A DNA stretch of 41,114 bases from Acetobacteraceae bacterium (GTDB lineage Bacteria; Pseudomonadota; Alphaproteobacteria; Acetobacterales; Acetobacteraceae), in contig JAYWAX010000119.1 in NCBI GenBank assembly GCA_043782125.1, forward strand, positions 1 to 41,114, given 5' to 3'. Positions 18,077-27,043 of the stretch are shown here, piece after piece. The notes under the pieces are model-generated. The model ran no database searches and was not told the origin of the DNA. It was given only the letters and a program-made list of their open reading frames with translations. The position numbers and the translations under genes were made by a program. The stretch's first letter is position 1, and every line of letters starts with the position of its first letter.

Positions 18077-18621
18077 AGCAGCCGCGACATACCGGCCTCC
18101 CGCGCCGCGTGGCACAGGAAATCCACCAGAAGCCCGATATCCGTAGTACCATTCACGGTGGCGACCCGCGTCAAACCGTTGATCTCCGCCACGGCATCGA
18201 CCGCGCCCAAAAGAGCGGGATTGCCATCGGACAGCAGCAGCACCGGCAGATCCTGGTCGTAACCGGCAATCGTCTTCAACACATGGTACCCATCCTGATA
18301 CCGGCCATCCAGATCGGCGATCACCGCGATCGGATGAATCCCGCGCAGCATCGGCGTCAGGTCATCGGCACTGCCCGCGTGCTCCACCCCAATGTCGAGG
18401 AATTCGCAGATCATATCGAGCGGATCGTTGTTTTCGTCGCTATCGCGCACGATCAGAACTGCATGCCTGACCGGATCGAGCCGGTCGCTGAACGGCTTCA
18501 TGTCCGTCGCCGGATTAAGAAACGCTGCTGTGCCCATGTGTACCATAGCCGCCTCCGGTTGGCCGTCCGACCAAGAACCTTTTTGGTCTCGTCGTTCCGC
18601 GACCATTAAAGCTTGCGGCAA
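18067..18621 (-). CDS. Atypical single-domain response-regulator receiver protein (true start uncertain, possibly 18500-18545)
   Basis: REC-like pattern 'AVLIVRD...PIAVIADL..QDGYHVLKTI...LPVLLLS'. The conserved Lys-Pro is not evident. Confidence 0.6.
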   Translation of the reverse strand: MPQALMVAERRDQKGSWSDGQPEAAMVHMGTAAFLNPATDMKPFSDRLDPVRHAVLIVRDSDENNDPLDMICEFLDIGVEHAGSADDLTPMLRGIHPIAVIADLDGRYQDGYHVLKTIAGYDQDLPVLLLSDGNPALLGAVDAVAEINGLTRVATVNGTTDIGLLVDFLCHAAREAGMSRLLQV

Positions 18622-18706
18622 CCTTGCGCCCGGCGCCAGAGCATTTGACGTTAGTATTCCGTGAACTACCGTGAATTCGACAGGGCTTCGGCTCTGAATT
18701 GCATTT

Positions 18707-19249
18707 TCACGTATGCGACCGCGCCCGGGCCTCTCGATCCATGGCTTCCCGTATGCGCTTTTTCGCGTCCTCGGCGTCGCCCCAGCCCGCGATCTTAACC
18801 CATTTTCCCGGTTCGAGATCTTTATAGTGTTCGAAAAAATGCTGGATTTGTTCCAATGTGATCTGCGGCAAATCGGTATAGTTCCGCACGCCGACGTAGC
18901 GTTGCGTTAACTTGGAAGACGGCACCGCGATGATTTTCTCGTCTCCGCCGCCATCGTCGCTCATGTTCAGGACGCCGACCGGACGCACATTGATCACCGC
19001 GCCCGGGATGATCGGGCGGGTATTGGCAATCAGCACATCGATCGGATCGCCATCTTCGGACAAGGTATGAGGCACAAACCCGTAATTCCCGGGATAACGC
19101 ATCGGTGTGTACAAGAACCGGTCGACCACCAGCGTGCCGGCCTCCTTGTCCATCTCGTACTTGATCGGCTCGCCGCCAATGGGAACCTCGACAATCACGT
19201 TGATGTCGTCGGGCGGATTATAACCAACGGCGATGGCTTCGATACGCAT
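18707..19249 (-). CDS. ppa: Family I inorganic pyrophosphatase
   Basis: 'PIKYEMDK', '[32 protein letters not shown]', '[15 protein letters not shown]'. Confidence 0.97.
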   Translation of the reverse strand: MRIEAIAVGYNPPDDINVIVEVPIGGEPIKYEMDKEAGTLVVDRFLYTPMRYPGNYGFVPHTLSEDGDPIDVLIANTRPIIPGAVINVRPVGVLNMSDDGGGDEKIIAVPSSKLTQRYVGVRNYTDLPQITLEQIQHFFEHYKDLEPGKWVKIAGWGDAEDAKKRIREAMDREARARSHT

Positions 19250-19410
19250 GGTCCTGTATCCTGAGGTATGAGAATGGCGTGGCGAAACCTATCACGCCGC
19301 CCGCCCGCCATCCAACGGCCAAGCCGGTATCGCGCGAAACCGTTGCCGCTGGGCAGCGGCCGTCGTATGCCGGCGGTGGTCAATCGGAAAAACCCTTCGG
19401 AGGAACCGCC

Positions 19411-20016
19411 ATGGACGCCGCCCAGGATACCACCCGCCGCCCGCGCGAACCCGTGAAACCCGAGGCGCTGTCCCCCGCCTTGTTCGCGCATTTCGTCGTC
19501 CGCACCTCGAATTTCGACGCGATGCGGCAATGGTACCTGACCGTCCTTAACGCCAGGGTGGTACACGACAACGGCACCTTGTGCTTCATGACCTATGACG
19601 ACGAGCATCACCGGCTCGCGTTGGTCAACGTTCCCGGGCTGCAAAAACCCGCGGCGGACAGTTGGGGGCTGAACCATCTGGCCTATAGCTATAACTCGTT
19701 GCGCGACCTGCTTTCGACCTATGTCCGGCTGCGCGGCGAGGGAATCGTTCCCTTCCGCCCGATCAATCACGGCCCGACCGTGTCGATGTATTACCACGAT
19801 CCCGACGGCACAGGCGTCGAGTTGCAGGTTGACACCTTTGCGACCAAGCAAGAGGCGGAAACCTGGTTCGGGCGCGACGAGTTCAAGGAAAACCCGATCG
19901 GGGTTCTGTTCGATCCGGAAGACCTGCTGCGGGATTTCGAGGCGGGCGTGCCGGAAATAGAGCTTTTGACGCGTCCAAGGGGCAAGGCGGCGCCCAGTCT
20001 CGCCACGCGCGGGTAA
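19411..20016 (+). CDS. VOC (glyoxalase/extradiol dioxygenase) superfamily protein
   Basis: GGAGGA RBS. 'AHFVVRT', 'TYDDEHHRLAL', 'GLNHLAY', 'NHGPTVSMYYHDPDGTGVELQVD'. Confidence 0.88.
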   Translation: MDAAQDTTRRPREPVKPEALSPALFAHFVVRTSNFDAMRQWYLTVLNARVVHDNGTLCFMTYDDEHHRLALVNVPGLQKPAADSWGLNHLAYSYNSLRDLLSTYVRLRGEGIVPFRPINHGPTVSMYYHDPDGTGVELQVDTFATKQEAETWFGRDEFKENPIGVLFDPEDLLRDFEAGVPEIELLTRPRGKAAPSLATRG

Positions 20017-20051
20017 AGCCTGGGCGCCAAAACCCCCACGTCGCGGGTATC

Positions 20052-20084
20052 GAAGCGCCAGCCATCCCCCGGTGGCGCTTCTTG
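20052..20084 (+). terminator. Possible terminator hairpin downstream of the VOC gene
   Basis: 9-bp stem GAAGCGCCA (20052-60) / TGGCGCTTC (20073-81) with only a short T tail. Confidence 0.3.
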
Positions 20085-20104
20085 GCAGAGGCATGGGGTT
20101 TGGT

Positions 20105-20283
20105 CTCATACGAACCGCCCGAACGATTGACTCATGGCACGGCTTCTCCCCCTCGTCATGGTACGGCTCGACCGGGCCATCGGGAGAGGTACGCCATTGC
20201 GAGATTGGCCACGATAAACCGCAGAAAGCGCCTCTCGTTCGATCGACGTGCCGAGCGTCAATCGTTCGGACGTTTGGCATAAG
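20105..20283. mobile_element. MITE/REPIN-like element, copy A (internally deleted, 179 bp)
   Basis: Terminal IRs CTCATACGAACCGCCCGAACGATTGAC and GTCAATCGTTCGGACGTTTGGCATAAG. Bases 20154-20253 align with 20348-20448 of copy B. It lacks the right inner arm. Confidence 0.72.
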
Positions 20284-20300
20284 TGCGGCAGCGCGACGGG

Positions 20301-20531
20301 CTTATACCAACCCGCAGAACGTTTGACCCATCGCTACGTCCTCTCCGCGTCATGGCACGCCCCCGAGCGGGCCATCGGGAGCGGTACACCATTCCGAGAG
20401 CGGCCACGATAAACTGCGGAAAGCGCCTCCCGTCCGATCGCCGTGCCGCTCCCGATGGTCCGGTCGAGCCGAACCATGACATGGTGGAGAGGCCATGCCG
20501 AGAGTCAAGCGTTCCGCCGGTTGGCATTATA
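20301..20531. mobile_element. MITE/REPIN-like element, copy B (231 bp, full nested palindrome)
   Basis: ~28-bp terminal IRs TTATACCAACCCGCAGAACGTTTGACCC and GAGTCAAGCGTTCCGCCGGTTGGCATTA. Inner REP arms at 20349-20387 and 20443-20480. Confidence 0.75.
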
Positions 20532-22416
20532 GCCTCGCTCCAAGCCCCCGCATGGGATCGTTCAGGTCGCCGCCATAAAATCCGTGGATTTCGCACCACG
20601 CGTCGAAAGAGAGCAACGACCAAATCAGCGGAACCCGGTTGGCCGCGCCGCTCATATGGCTCTCGATCGCGGCGGCGACATAGGGGGCCTGGAAGACTCC
20701 GCGGGCGGCGATCCGGTCCGGGGCGAGCATCCGCCGGATATAGGGTTGCAACGCCCCCCGGTACCAGGAAGCATCGGGCGGTCCGAAGCCCATCTTCGGC
20801 TTATCGGCCACCAGCTTGGGCACCCAGTCGCGGATGGCGTTCCGGAAGACGATTTTCCCGGTTTCACCATCGCACATCGCCGGCCAATCGAACGTCAACG
20901 CAAGGTCGATCGTTTCGTTGTCCAGCAGCGGCACCCGCGTTTCCAGCCCGTGCGCCATGGACAGCTTGTCTTCGACCATCAGCAGGCCCGCGAGGTAGGT
21001 TTTCGAGTCCAGGTACATCAGCCGGTCCCAATCGTCCTCCGACGGGCACGTCGCGGTGACGGATTCCACGGCGGCCGCCAGATCGTACTCGCCCGCAGCG
21101 CGACGGAAAGCCGCCGTGAACGCCTCGGCGATTTCATGGGTGGGCACCGGATACCGCAGCATTTCCAAAAGGCGCCGCCCGGGATCTCTCCCATCTGGCG
21201 GCCGGCGGAATCGGCGCAGGAATCGGTCGAGCCGTCCCGACGGAGGCAGCACCGGGTAAGGTAACCTCAGATGCGCGTATCGCGACACGTAACCGCCAAG
21301 AATCTCGTCGCCGCCGCACCCGGAGAGCACGACCTTCGTATCGCGGCTGACCCGTTCCGCGATGAGGTAATTAACATAAGCCATGCCCATGCGCGGCTCT
21401 TCCAGCGCGTCGATCGTGCGGTGCAAAGCGCCAATAAGCGCGTCAGGCGCGAGTTCCAATTCCACATGAGCGACGCCCAAATCGCTCGCCACGGCGCGAG
21501 AGAATTCCCGCTCGTCCACGAACCGGTCCTCGCCCACGCCGTCCAACTGGAAGATACAGGAATAGGCGTGTACGCCTGGATCGATCGAATGGGCGCCCGC
21601 GACGATCGAACTGGAATCGATGCCGCCGGACAAATAGGCCATCACGGGCACATCCGCCGCCAACTGCCGCGCCAGCGCGCCTTCCAGCACATGGCGCAAT
21701 TCCGCCGCCGCATCGGCCGGTGCCCGCGCGCGGCGATTGAATGCCATGTCCCAGTATTGGGCGCGCCGATGCCGCCCCGGTTCTTCCAGCAGCAGGTGAC
21801 CGCCTTCCAACTGTTCGATGCCTCTGAACATCGACCGGCCGCGCCAGACATTCTGGCTTTGAAAATAGGCGAACAGCGCGGTTTCGTCCGCCAACGCCGG
21901 AACCAGATCGGAGGCAAGGATGCCGCGGATTTCCGAGCCGAATACCAGCGTGCCGTCGTCGCGTCGCGCCAGATAAAGCGGCTTGATGCCCAGGCGGTCG
22001 CGCGCCAGCATCAGGCGCCTTGTTTTCGCATCCCAGGCGGCGAAGGCGAACATTCCGTTCAGCCGTGGCAATAAGCCTTCACCCCATTCCTCGTAGCCGT
22101 GTACCAGCACTTCCGTATCGGAATGATCGGTGGCGAAACGGTGACCTTTGGCCTCCAATTCGCGGCGCAAAGGGCGGTGGTTATATATTTCGCCGTTGAA
22201 AACGACCTGAACGGTGCCATCCTCATTGCCCATCGGCTGATCGCCGGTTTCCAGATCGACGATGGCCAGACGGCGAAATCCCAGGGCAAGGTCGTTGTCG
22301 GACCAGAAACCGTCGCCATCGGGGCCACGATGTTGGATGGCGGCCGCCATCGACCGCGTGCGCCCGCCCGCGTCGCCAAGCCGGCCCCAGTGCAAAATTC
22401 CAACGAAACCGCACAT
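20527..22416 (-). CDS. asnB: Asparagine synthase (glutamine-hydrolysing)-type amidotransferase, probably glycan amidation
   Basis: N-terminal MCG, 'HRGPDG', 'FNGEIYN', 'SDTEV', 'LNGMFAFA', 'RDRLGIKPLY', 'YLSGGIDSS', 'LSGCGGDE', 'ETRVPLLD'. The ATG overlaps the upstream TGA. Confidence 0.93.
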   Translation of the reverse strand: MCGFVGILHWGRLGDAGGRTRSMAAAIQHRGPDGDGFWSDNDLALGFRRLAIVDLETGDQPMGNEDGTVQVVFNGEIYNHRPLRRELEAKGHRFATDHSDTEVLVHGYEEWGEGLLPRLNGMFAFAAWDAKTRRLMLARDRLGIKPLYLARRDDGTLVFGSEIRGILASDLVPALADETALFAYFQSQNVWRGRSMFRGIEQLEGGHLLLEEPGRHRRAQYWDMAFNRRARAPADAAAELRHVLEGALARQLAADVPVMAYLSGGIDSSSIVAGAHSIDPGVHAYSCIFQLDGVGEDRFVDEREFSRAVASDLGVAHVELELAPDALIGALHRTIDALEEPRMGMAYVNYLIAERVSRDTKVVLSGCGGDEILGGYVSRYAHLRLPYPVLPPSGRLDRFLRRFRRPPDGRDPGRRLLEMLRYPVPTHEIAEAFTAAFRRAAGEYDLAAAVESVTATCPSEDDWDRLMYLDSKTYLAGLLMVEDKLSMAHGLETRVPLLDNETIDLALTFDWPAMCDGETGKIVFRNAIRDWVPKLVADKPKMGFGPPDASWYRGALQPYIRRMLAPDRIAARGVFQAPYVAAAIESHMSGAANRVPLIWSLLSFDAWCEIHGFYGGDLNDPMRGLGARL

Positions 22417-23555
22417 CAGCCGGACTGCCCCCCAAGTTCCAATGGCGCCCCAAGATCCAATGGCGCCGCAGGATCGGCGTAAATCCGCTCCAGCGCCGCG
22501 GCAATTCGCGCGGGATCGTGCCAGCGTTCGACGAACCGGCGGGACTGCCGGCCAAGGTCCGGCAAAGTCTCTGGTGCCGCGAGAATGCGCGCGAGATCGT
22601 CGTCCAGCGTGCGCGGGTCGAGGCGGACGATCGGCAGGTCCGCCAACATCTCCTTGGGCACGAAATGGCAATCTTCGTCGCGAATATACGCCGCGACGGG
22701 TTTGCCCATGGCCATCAACTCCACCGCGAAACCGCCATACCAACCCGCCTGTATTTGGTCGATCGCAAGATCGGCGTCGCGATAGAGTTCCATCGCTTCC
22801 GCGTGCGGTTTGTTTTCAATCAGCAGAAGTTCGAAACCGAAACGGTCCTTCAGCCGATCCAACGCTGCCAAAATCATCGGCGTCCCCTTGATCGCCCCGC
22901 TACTGGGCGCGTGCACGATCCGTGGCCGGCGATCCGTGCGCGGCAACACGATGTTCTGCGCGGCGATATCGACATTCGCATACGGCAGAAAAGTTCCATT
23001 TGGAACGAAATGTCCCAGTTCCGGATTGAGATAGAAAACCCTGTCCATCAAAGGCAGCAACTGCGCGATCATCGCTTCCCGATGCGCGTCGTAATCGGAA
23101 CGGCAGGTGGCATAAGCCGGGCACCCGTCAGGCTTGCACATCGTCACCGCGTTGGTCGCGAAGGATTTACCCGCGATGCGCGCATCGCAACCTTGCAATG
23201 TCATGAACACATGACGGCCCAAACGCCGCGCGAGCCGCACGTCCCAAAGCTTGTTCTTGTTTTCCGCGGGATCGGGCTTGTATGCCTCGCCGAAATCGGC
23301 CCAGAGTAGAAACCCCTGTCCGAAATAATAATGGATGACATCGTAACGGAACGGCGCGGTCAGCGCGTGCGTGAGCCGGCGCCGGCGGTTCGCGGGCGTG
23401 TTATCCCCGACCTCGTTCATCACGCGATCCGCCGGGTAGCCAAGCCAGGTGCCGAAATTCACCACGAGGTCGCTGCGATGGCCGCGGGCACGTTCCGCGC
23501 GCGACAGCGTCCACGGTTGATTACCGACATTCACCGGTCCGTGCAGGATGCGCAT
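22416..23555 (-). CDS. GT-B (GT4-like) glycosyltransferase with a 4-Cys cluster
   Basis: 'MRILHGPVNVGNQ', 'IVHAPSSGAIKGT', 'ADLAIDQIQAGWYGGFAVELMAMGKPV'. Confidence 0.8.
   Translation of the reverse strand: MRILHGPVNVGNQPWTLSRAERARGHRSDLVVNFGTWLGYPADRVMNEVGDNTPANRRRRLTHALTAPFRYDVIHYYFGQGFLLWADFGEAYKPDPAENKNKLWDVRLARRLGRHVFMTLQGCDARIAGKSFATNAVTMCKPDGCPAYATCRSDYDAHREAMIAQLLPLMDRVFYLNPELGHFVPNGTFLPYANVDIAAQNIVLPRTDRRPRIVHAPSSGAIKGTPMILAALDRLKDRFGFELLLIENKPHAEAMELYRDADLAIDQIQAGWYGGFAVELMAMGKPVAAYIRDEDCHFVPKEMLADLPIVRLDPRTLDDDLARILAAPETLPDLGRQSRRFVERWHDPARIAAALERIYADPAAPLDLGAPLELGGQSG
22430..22475. repeat. 18-bp tandem duplication at the 3' end of a GT gene
   Basis: CCCCAAGTTCCAATGGCG, CCCCAAGATCCAATGGCG, then a partial third copy; encodes APLDLG-APLELG. 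Confidence 0.7.
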
Positions 23556-23570
23556 GCGTCGTCCCCTTCT

Positions 23571-24971
23571 TCAGACGACGCCGGTTCTGGGCAGGCGATC
23601 GTAGATGTCCACCAGCCGCTGCCACTCGCGGCCCGCGTCGAGTTCGCCAAGCGCCGCAGTGGTATTGGCGCGCAGGGCGTCCGCGAGCCCAGGTTCCTCA
23701 ATCAGCCGGTTGATCGCGGCGGCGATGGAGCGGGGATCGTAGGGATCGAAGATCAGCCCGGTCTGGTAGCGCGTCACCATGCGCGACGCCTCCGGATGAT
23801 GCGCGACCAGGGTTGGAAGTTCCGACGCCATATATTCGAATATTTTGTTCGGCAAGGCGAAGGTAAAGTTCCGGCACAGCGCGGGCAGCGTCCAGATGCC
23901 GGCGTCAGCCCCGCGCGCCGCCGCAACAACATCGCGCGAAGGCACCGGCGGCAGCAGGATCAGCCGATCCTCCGCCCCGGCATGGCGCGCGATATCCATG
24001 TATTCTGTACCGAACATGTCCAACGACGGGCCGCGGATAACGAAGGTGCATTTTGGCGCGAATGCCAGCGCTTCGATAATTGGCTCGATCAAGCGGGTCG
24101 GACCGGTGCCGCCTTGCCACAACAGCACGAAGCGGTCCGGAGGCAGGCCGAGTTGCTGTTTCAGCGGCGGATAATGCCGGGTTGGCACAGCGCTCAGGCT
24201 CGGGATGTTGCGCACCAGCGCGGGCCGTTTCCCGCCGCCAAGTTCCGCGGCGATGGCGTCGACGATCGATTCGCTGACGGTGATGGTCGCCGAGGCCTCA
24301 CGCAGCACGCGGGCTTCGAGAGCACGGAGCTCTTCTTTCCAGGCGCCGCTATATGTCTCCAGCCGGGCCGTTTCAAAGTCCCAATGCACATTCTCGCTCG
24401 ACCACTCGTGGAAGTCGGCAATCAGGTGGGCACCGGTTTCCCGCGCGGCGGCCAGCGCAACGTAACAGGTGTTCAGATCGTGCGCGTGAAAGGCGAAGGG
24501 GCGCAGCCGCCGCGCCCAGAAATACATTTCCGCGCCGAGATATCCTGGCTTCTCCATCACAAACGCCGCCGCCGACACGGGTAGAAAATCGAATTTCACG
24601 CCCGCGCCCCAATTCAGCGGCTGGGTTAGGACCGCGCCATTGGTCAGGTCGGGGCACAGGACGCGCACACGATAACCGGCATCCGCCAAAGCGCGGGCTT
24701 CGCGCTCTACCCGAGGGTCCACGCGCAGATCGGACACGACCAGCATCGCCACGTCGCGCCCATGCGCGTTCCGTCCAATCCGCTCGCCGTTCCAACGTCC
24801 GGCGTGAAAGCGGAAATACGCCTGGCGCGCGCGGCTCATCCAGGCCTCCCGCTTTTCCGGAATAAAGGCTTTCAACCGGATTTGCGCGCGCCAAACCCCA
24901 TAAAAAGCGGCGATGAGAGCTCGTACGAAAGGACGCAACAAAGTCCGGATGAATCTCATGGCTGCTCCCAT
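23571..24971 (-). CDS. GT4 glycosyltransferase
   Basis: 'DPRVEREARALADAGYRV', 'HAHDL', 'DFHE', 'TITVSESI', 'ALPNKIFEYMASELP'. Start at 24971 or 24959. Confidence 0.9.
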   Translation of the reverse strand: MGAAMRFIRTLLRPFVRALIAAFYGVWRAQIRLKAFIPEKREAWMSRARQAYFRFHAGRWNGERIGRNAHGRDVAMLVVSDLRVDPRVEREARALADAGYRVRVLCPDLTNGAVLTQPLNWGAGVKFDFLPVSAAAFVMEKPGYLGAEMYFWARRLRPFAFHAHDLNTCYVALAAARETGAHLIADFHEWSSENVHWDFETARLETYSGAWKEELRALEARVLREASATITVSESIVDAIAAELGGGKRPALVRNIPSLSAVPTRHYPPLKQQLGLPPDRFVLLWQGGTGPTRLIEPIIEALAFAPKCTFVIRGPSLDMFGTEYMDIARHAGAEDRLILLPPVPSRDVVAAARGADAGIWTLPALCRNFTFALPNKIFEYMASELPTLVAHHPEASRMVTRYQTGLIFDPYDPRSIAAAINRLIEEPGLADALRANTTAALGELDAGREWQRLVDIYDRLPRTGVV

Positions 24972-27013
24972 GGCGCCGCCGGGACGGTTTGCAGAATCCG
25001 GTTATACGCGGCCACCTGAAGCGCCACGATTCGTTCTGCAGAGTGATATCGCGCGATCCAGGCGGCGGAGGCGGCGCCAACGCCCGCGGTGTCGGTGGGA
25101 TCGTTCAGAACGGTCTCCATATGGCGGGCGCATTCATCCGGTGTGATCGCGATCATGCAGGGCGGCGCCGCGCCGAAAAAGGTCTCGCATTGCGTCCGGT
25201 CCAAAGCGGTGATGAGGCGGCGTCCGAGCGCCAGGGTTTCGAACCCGGTGCCGCCCAGTGCCGGCAGGGCAAATTGATCGACGACGGCGTGGCAGGTGCA
25301 ATACCGCTCCCAGAGCTCGCGCTTTTGCATACGCGGCACCCACTCGACAATGCCGGTCAAGCCCAGTTCTTCGATCAGTTCCCGGCTGGCATCGACCTCC
25401 TGGCCCCATTCGACAAGCACGATCCGAAACCCGTGGCCGGCGTTCGCCAACATGCCGGCCGCCCGCAGAAAGACATCGTTGCCTTTGCACCAGGACCGGT
25501 TTTCGTCCCGCCAGTGCTGACGCGTCGGACTGAAAAATACCACTTCGTGTTGCGGCGGCGTCAGATCGGCACGCGCGGTCCGGAACGATCGTAGCTTCGC
25601 GTCGTCGAAGGCATGCGGCAGATAAACCGCACGCGATGGCTGGATCCCGAGCCGCTCCACCGACGGCAAGACGTCTGAGTTGGTGACGAACACCGCGGGC
25701 GATTCCTGATAAATCCGCCGGCAGACAACTCCGACCAGAGATGGCTCCCACGGTAATTCGCGGATCGTCCCATGCTCGTATGACGCGAATCTGGAAAATC
25801 CATCCATATACGGAATGAAACCGTCGATCGAATAGCCCTGGACGATATCGTAGTCGCGCAAAATATCGGCGAACTGCGGCGCATGGTAATCGCAATAGTT
25901 GCGCACGGAGAGTTCAACGGCGGGCCCTGCCTCCCGCGCGGCGGCGAGCATGTCTTCCCGCCGGCTCCGCACCAGCGCGAGCCGCCCAGGGGAGTCCAGC
26001 AACCGGCACTCGGCTTGTATCGCGCGAAAGTATCGCATGGCGGGGATGCCAAAGATCAGGCGGCTGGCGGTCAAAGGTAGGACTGTCCCAAGCAGGAAAC
26101 GCCCAGCGGCCCGAATGCTGGCGGCGAGCCGCGCACGCCTGGTCTCGACCGTGGGAACGTCCGCCTGTGCCGCGCTGTCGCGATCCGTTTCGACCGCGAC
26201 GGAAGGAGGAGGCGACGCGACCTTGGCCGCCGCCGCGTGTTCCGCAGACGCAGCGCTGGCCCGCAGAGCGGTCAGCAAATCGCGCGGTTCGCCGGACAGC
26301 CCGCGAAATTTTCTGACCGCCGACCAGATGCGAACCGGTATGGCCCGCGTGGTCCCGGCTTCAAGGGCGCGCCTGACCGGCCAGAACACCACATTGTCGT
26401 AAAACCACCGCAGTGCATCGCCTGCGGCGCGTTGAAGATTTTTCACGGCGTCCGCGACGATCGGCTTCCTGGGCTTCCTGGGCTTTCTGATCTTCGGGGG
26501 CGCGCGCGGGTCGAGCCGAAGATATTCCAGGAGCTTCCCGGCGACGCGAAGCTTAAGCGGCATGGCCGGTAAGACCGTCCCACGGCGGGCGGCGTCGGTT
26601 GCCAGATCGTGCCAGTACCGCGTCTGCAAATCCGTCCATATCAAGACGCTCAGCATCGTCAGCCCGAGGCGGCGTGCTTTCAGATATTGAACACTCTGGA
26701 TGGTCGGTCCCTGAACGAACCAGTCCGGCCGGGACCAGCCGCCCAGACTGGTCGCGAACCAATTGGGCAAATCGGCATCGACCTCCCCCTCGAAGGTGCC
26801 ATCCTCCCACTCGGGACAGCCCATGATGTGAAAATAATGATAGCACAGAACATCGGCCTCGATGCCGTGGCGGCGCTGTATCCTCGCGTTGTTGTAGGCG
26901 TTGTTCGCGATGTTGCCGATATGCAGCACACGGGGCGGCCGTCCGAGAGTCGCGCGCAGGCGAGCCATTTCCCGATCCAGGTCCAGCAATTGGGTCGTCA
27001 CGTCGCGAACCAC
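24956..27013 (-). CDS. Large GT-B glycosyltransferase with an internal basic/low-complexity insertion
   Basis: 'VLHIGNIANNAY', 'SYEHGTIRE', 'KGNDVFLRA', 'VVDQF..ALGGTGFETLALG'. Paralogous to the 29810-31927 gene. Confidence 0.8.
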   Translation of the reverse strand: MVRDVTTQLLDLDREMARLRATLGRPPRVLHIGNIANNAYNNARIQRRHGIEADVLCYHYFHIMGCPEWEDGTFEGEVDADLPNWFATSLGGWSRPDWFVQGPTIQSVQYLKARRLGLTMLSVLIWTDLQTRYWHDLATDAARRGTVLPAMPLKLRVAGKLLEYLRLDPRAPPKIRKPRKPRKPIVADAVKNLQRAAGDALRWFYDNVVFWPVRRALEAGTTRAIPVRIWSAVRKFRGLSGEPRDLLTALRASAASAEHAAAAKVASPPPSVAVETDRDSAAQADVPTVETRRARLAASIRAAGRFLLGTVLPLTASRLIFGIPAMRYFRAIQAECRLLDSPGRLALVRSRREDMLAAAREAGPAVELSVRNYCDYHAPQFADILRDYDIVQGYSIDGFIPYMDGFSRFASYEHGTIRELPWEPSLVGVVCRRIYQESPAVFVTNSDVLPSVERLGIQPSRAVYLPHAFDDAKLRSFRTARADLTPPQHEVVFFSPTRQHWRDENRSWCKGNDVFLRAAGMLANAGHGFRIVLVEWGQEVDASRELIEELGLTGIVEWVPRMQKRELWERYCTCHAVVDQFALPALGGTGFETLALGRRLITALDRTQCETFFGAAPPCMIAITPDECARHMETVLNDPTDTAGVGAASAAWIARYHSAERIVALQVAAYNRILQTVPAAPWEQP

Positions 27014-27043
27014 GCTGTCGTTCCATGTGTGGCCGTGTAACCG

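Noticed and set aside
20105-20531. Repeats considered as a CRISPR array
   Set aside because: There are only two long units, with internal inverted symmetry and similar rather than unique interiors, and no cas genes.
22417-22743. N-terminal extension of the asnB ORF in the ORF track
   Set aside because: Ntn amidotransferases need Cys at position 2. The true start is MCG at 22416, and the extension overlaps the upstream GT.
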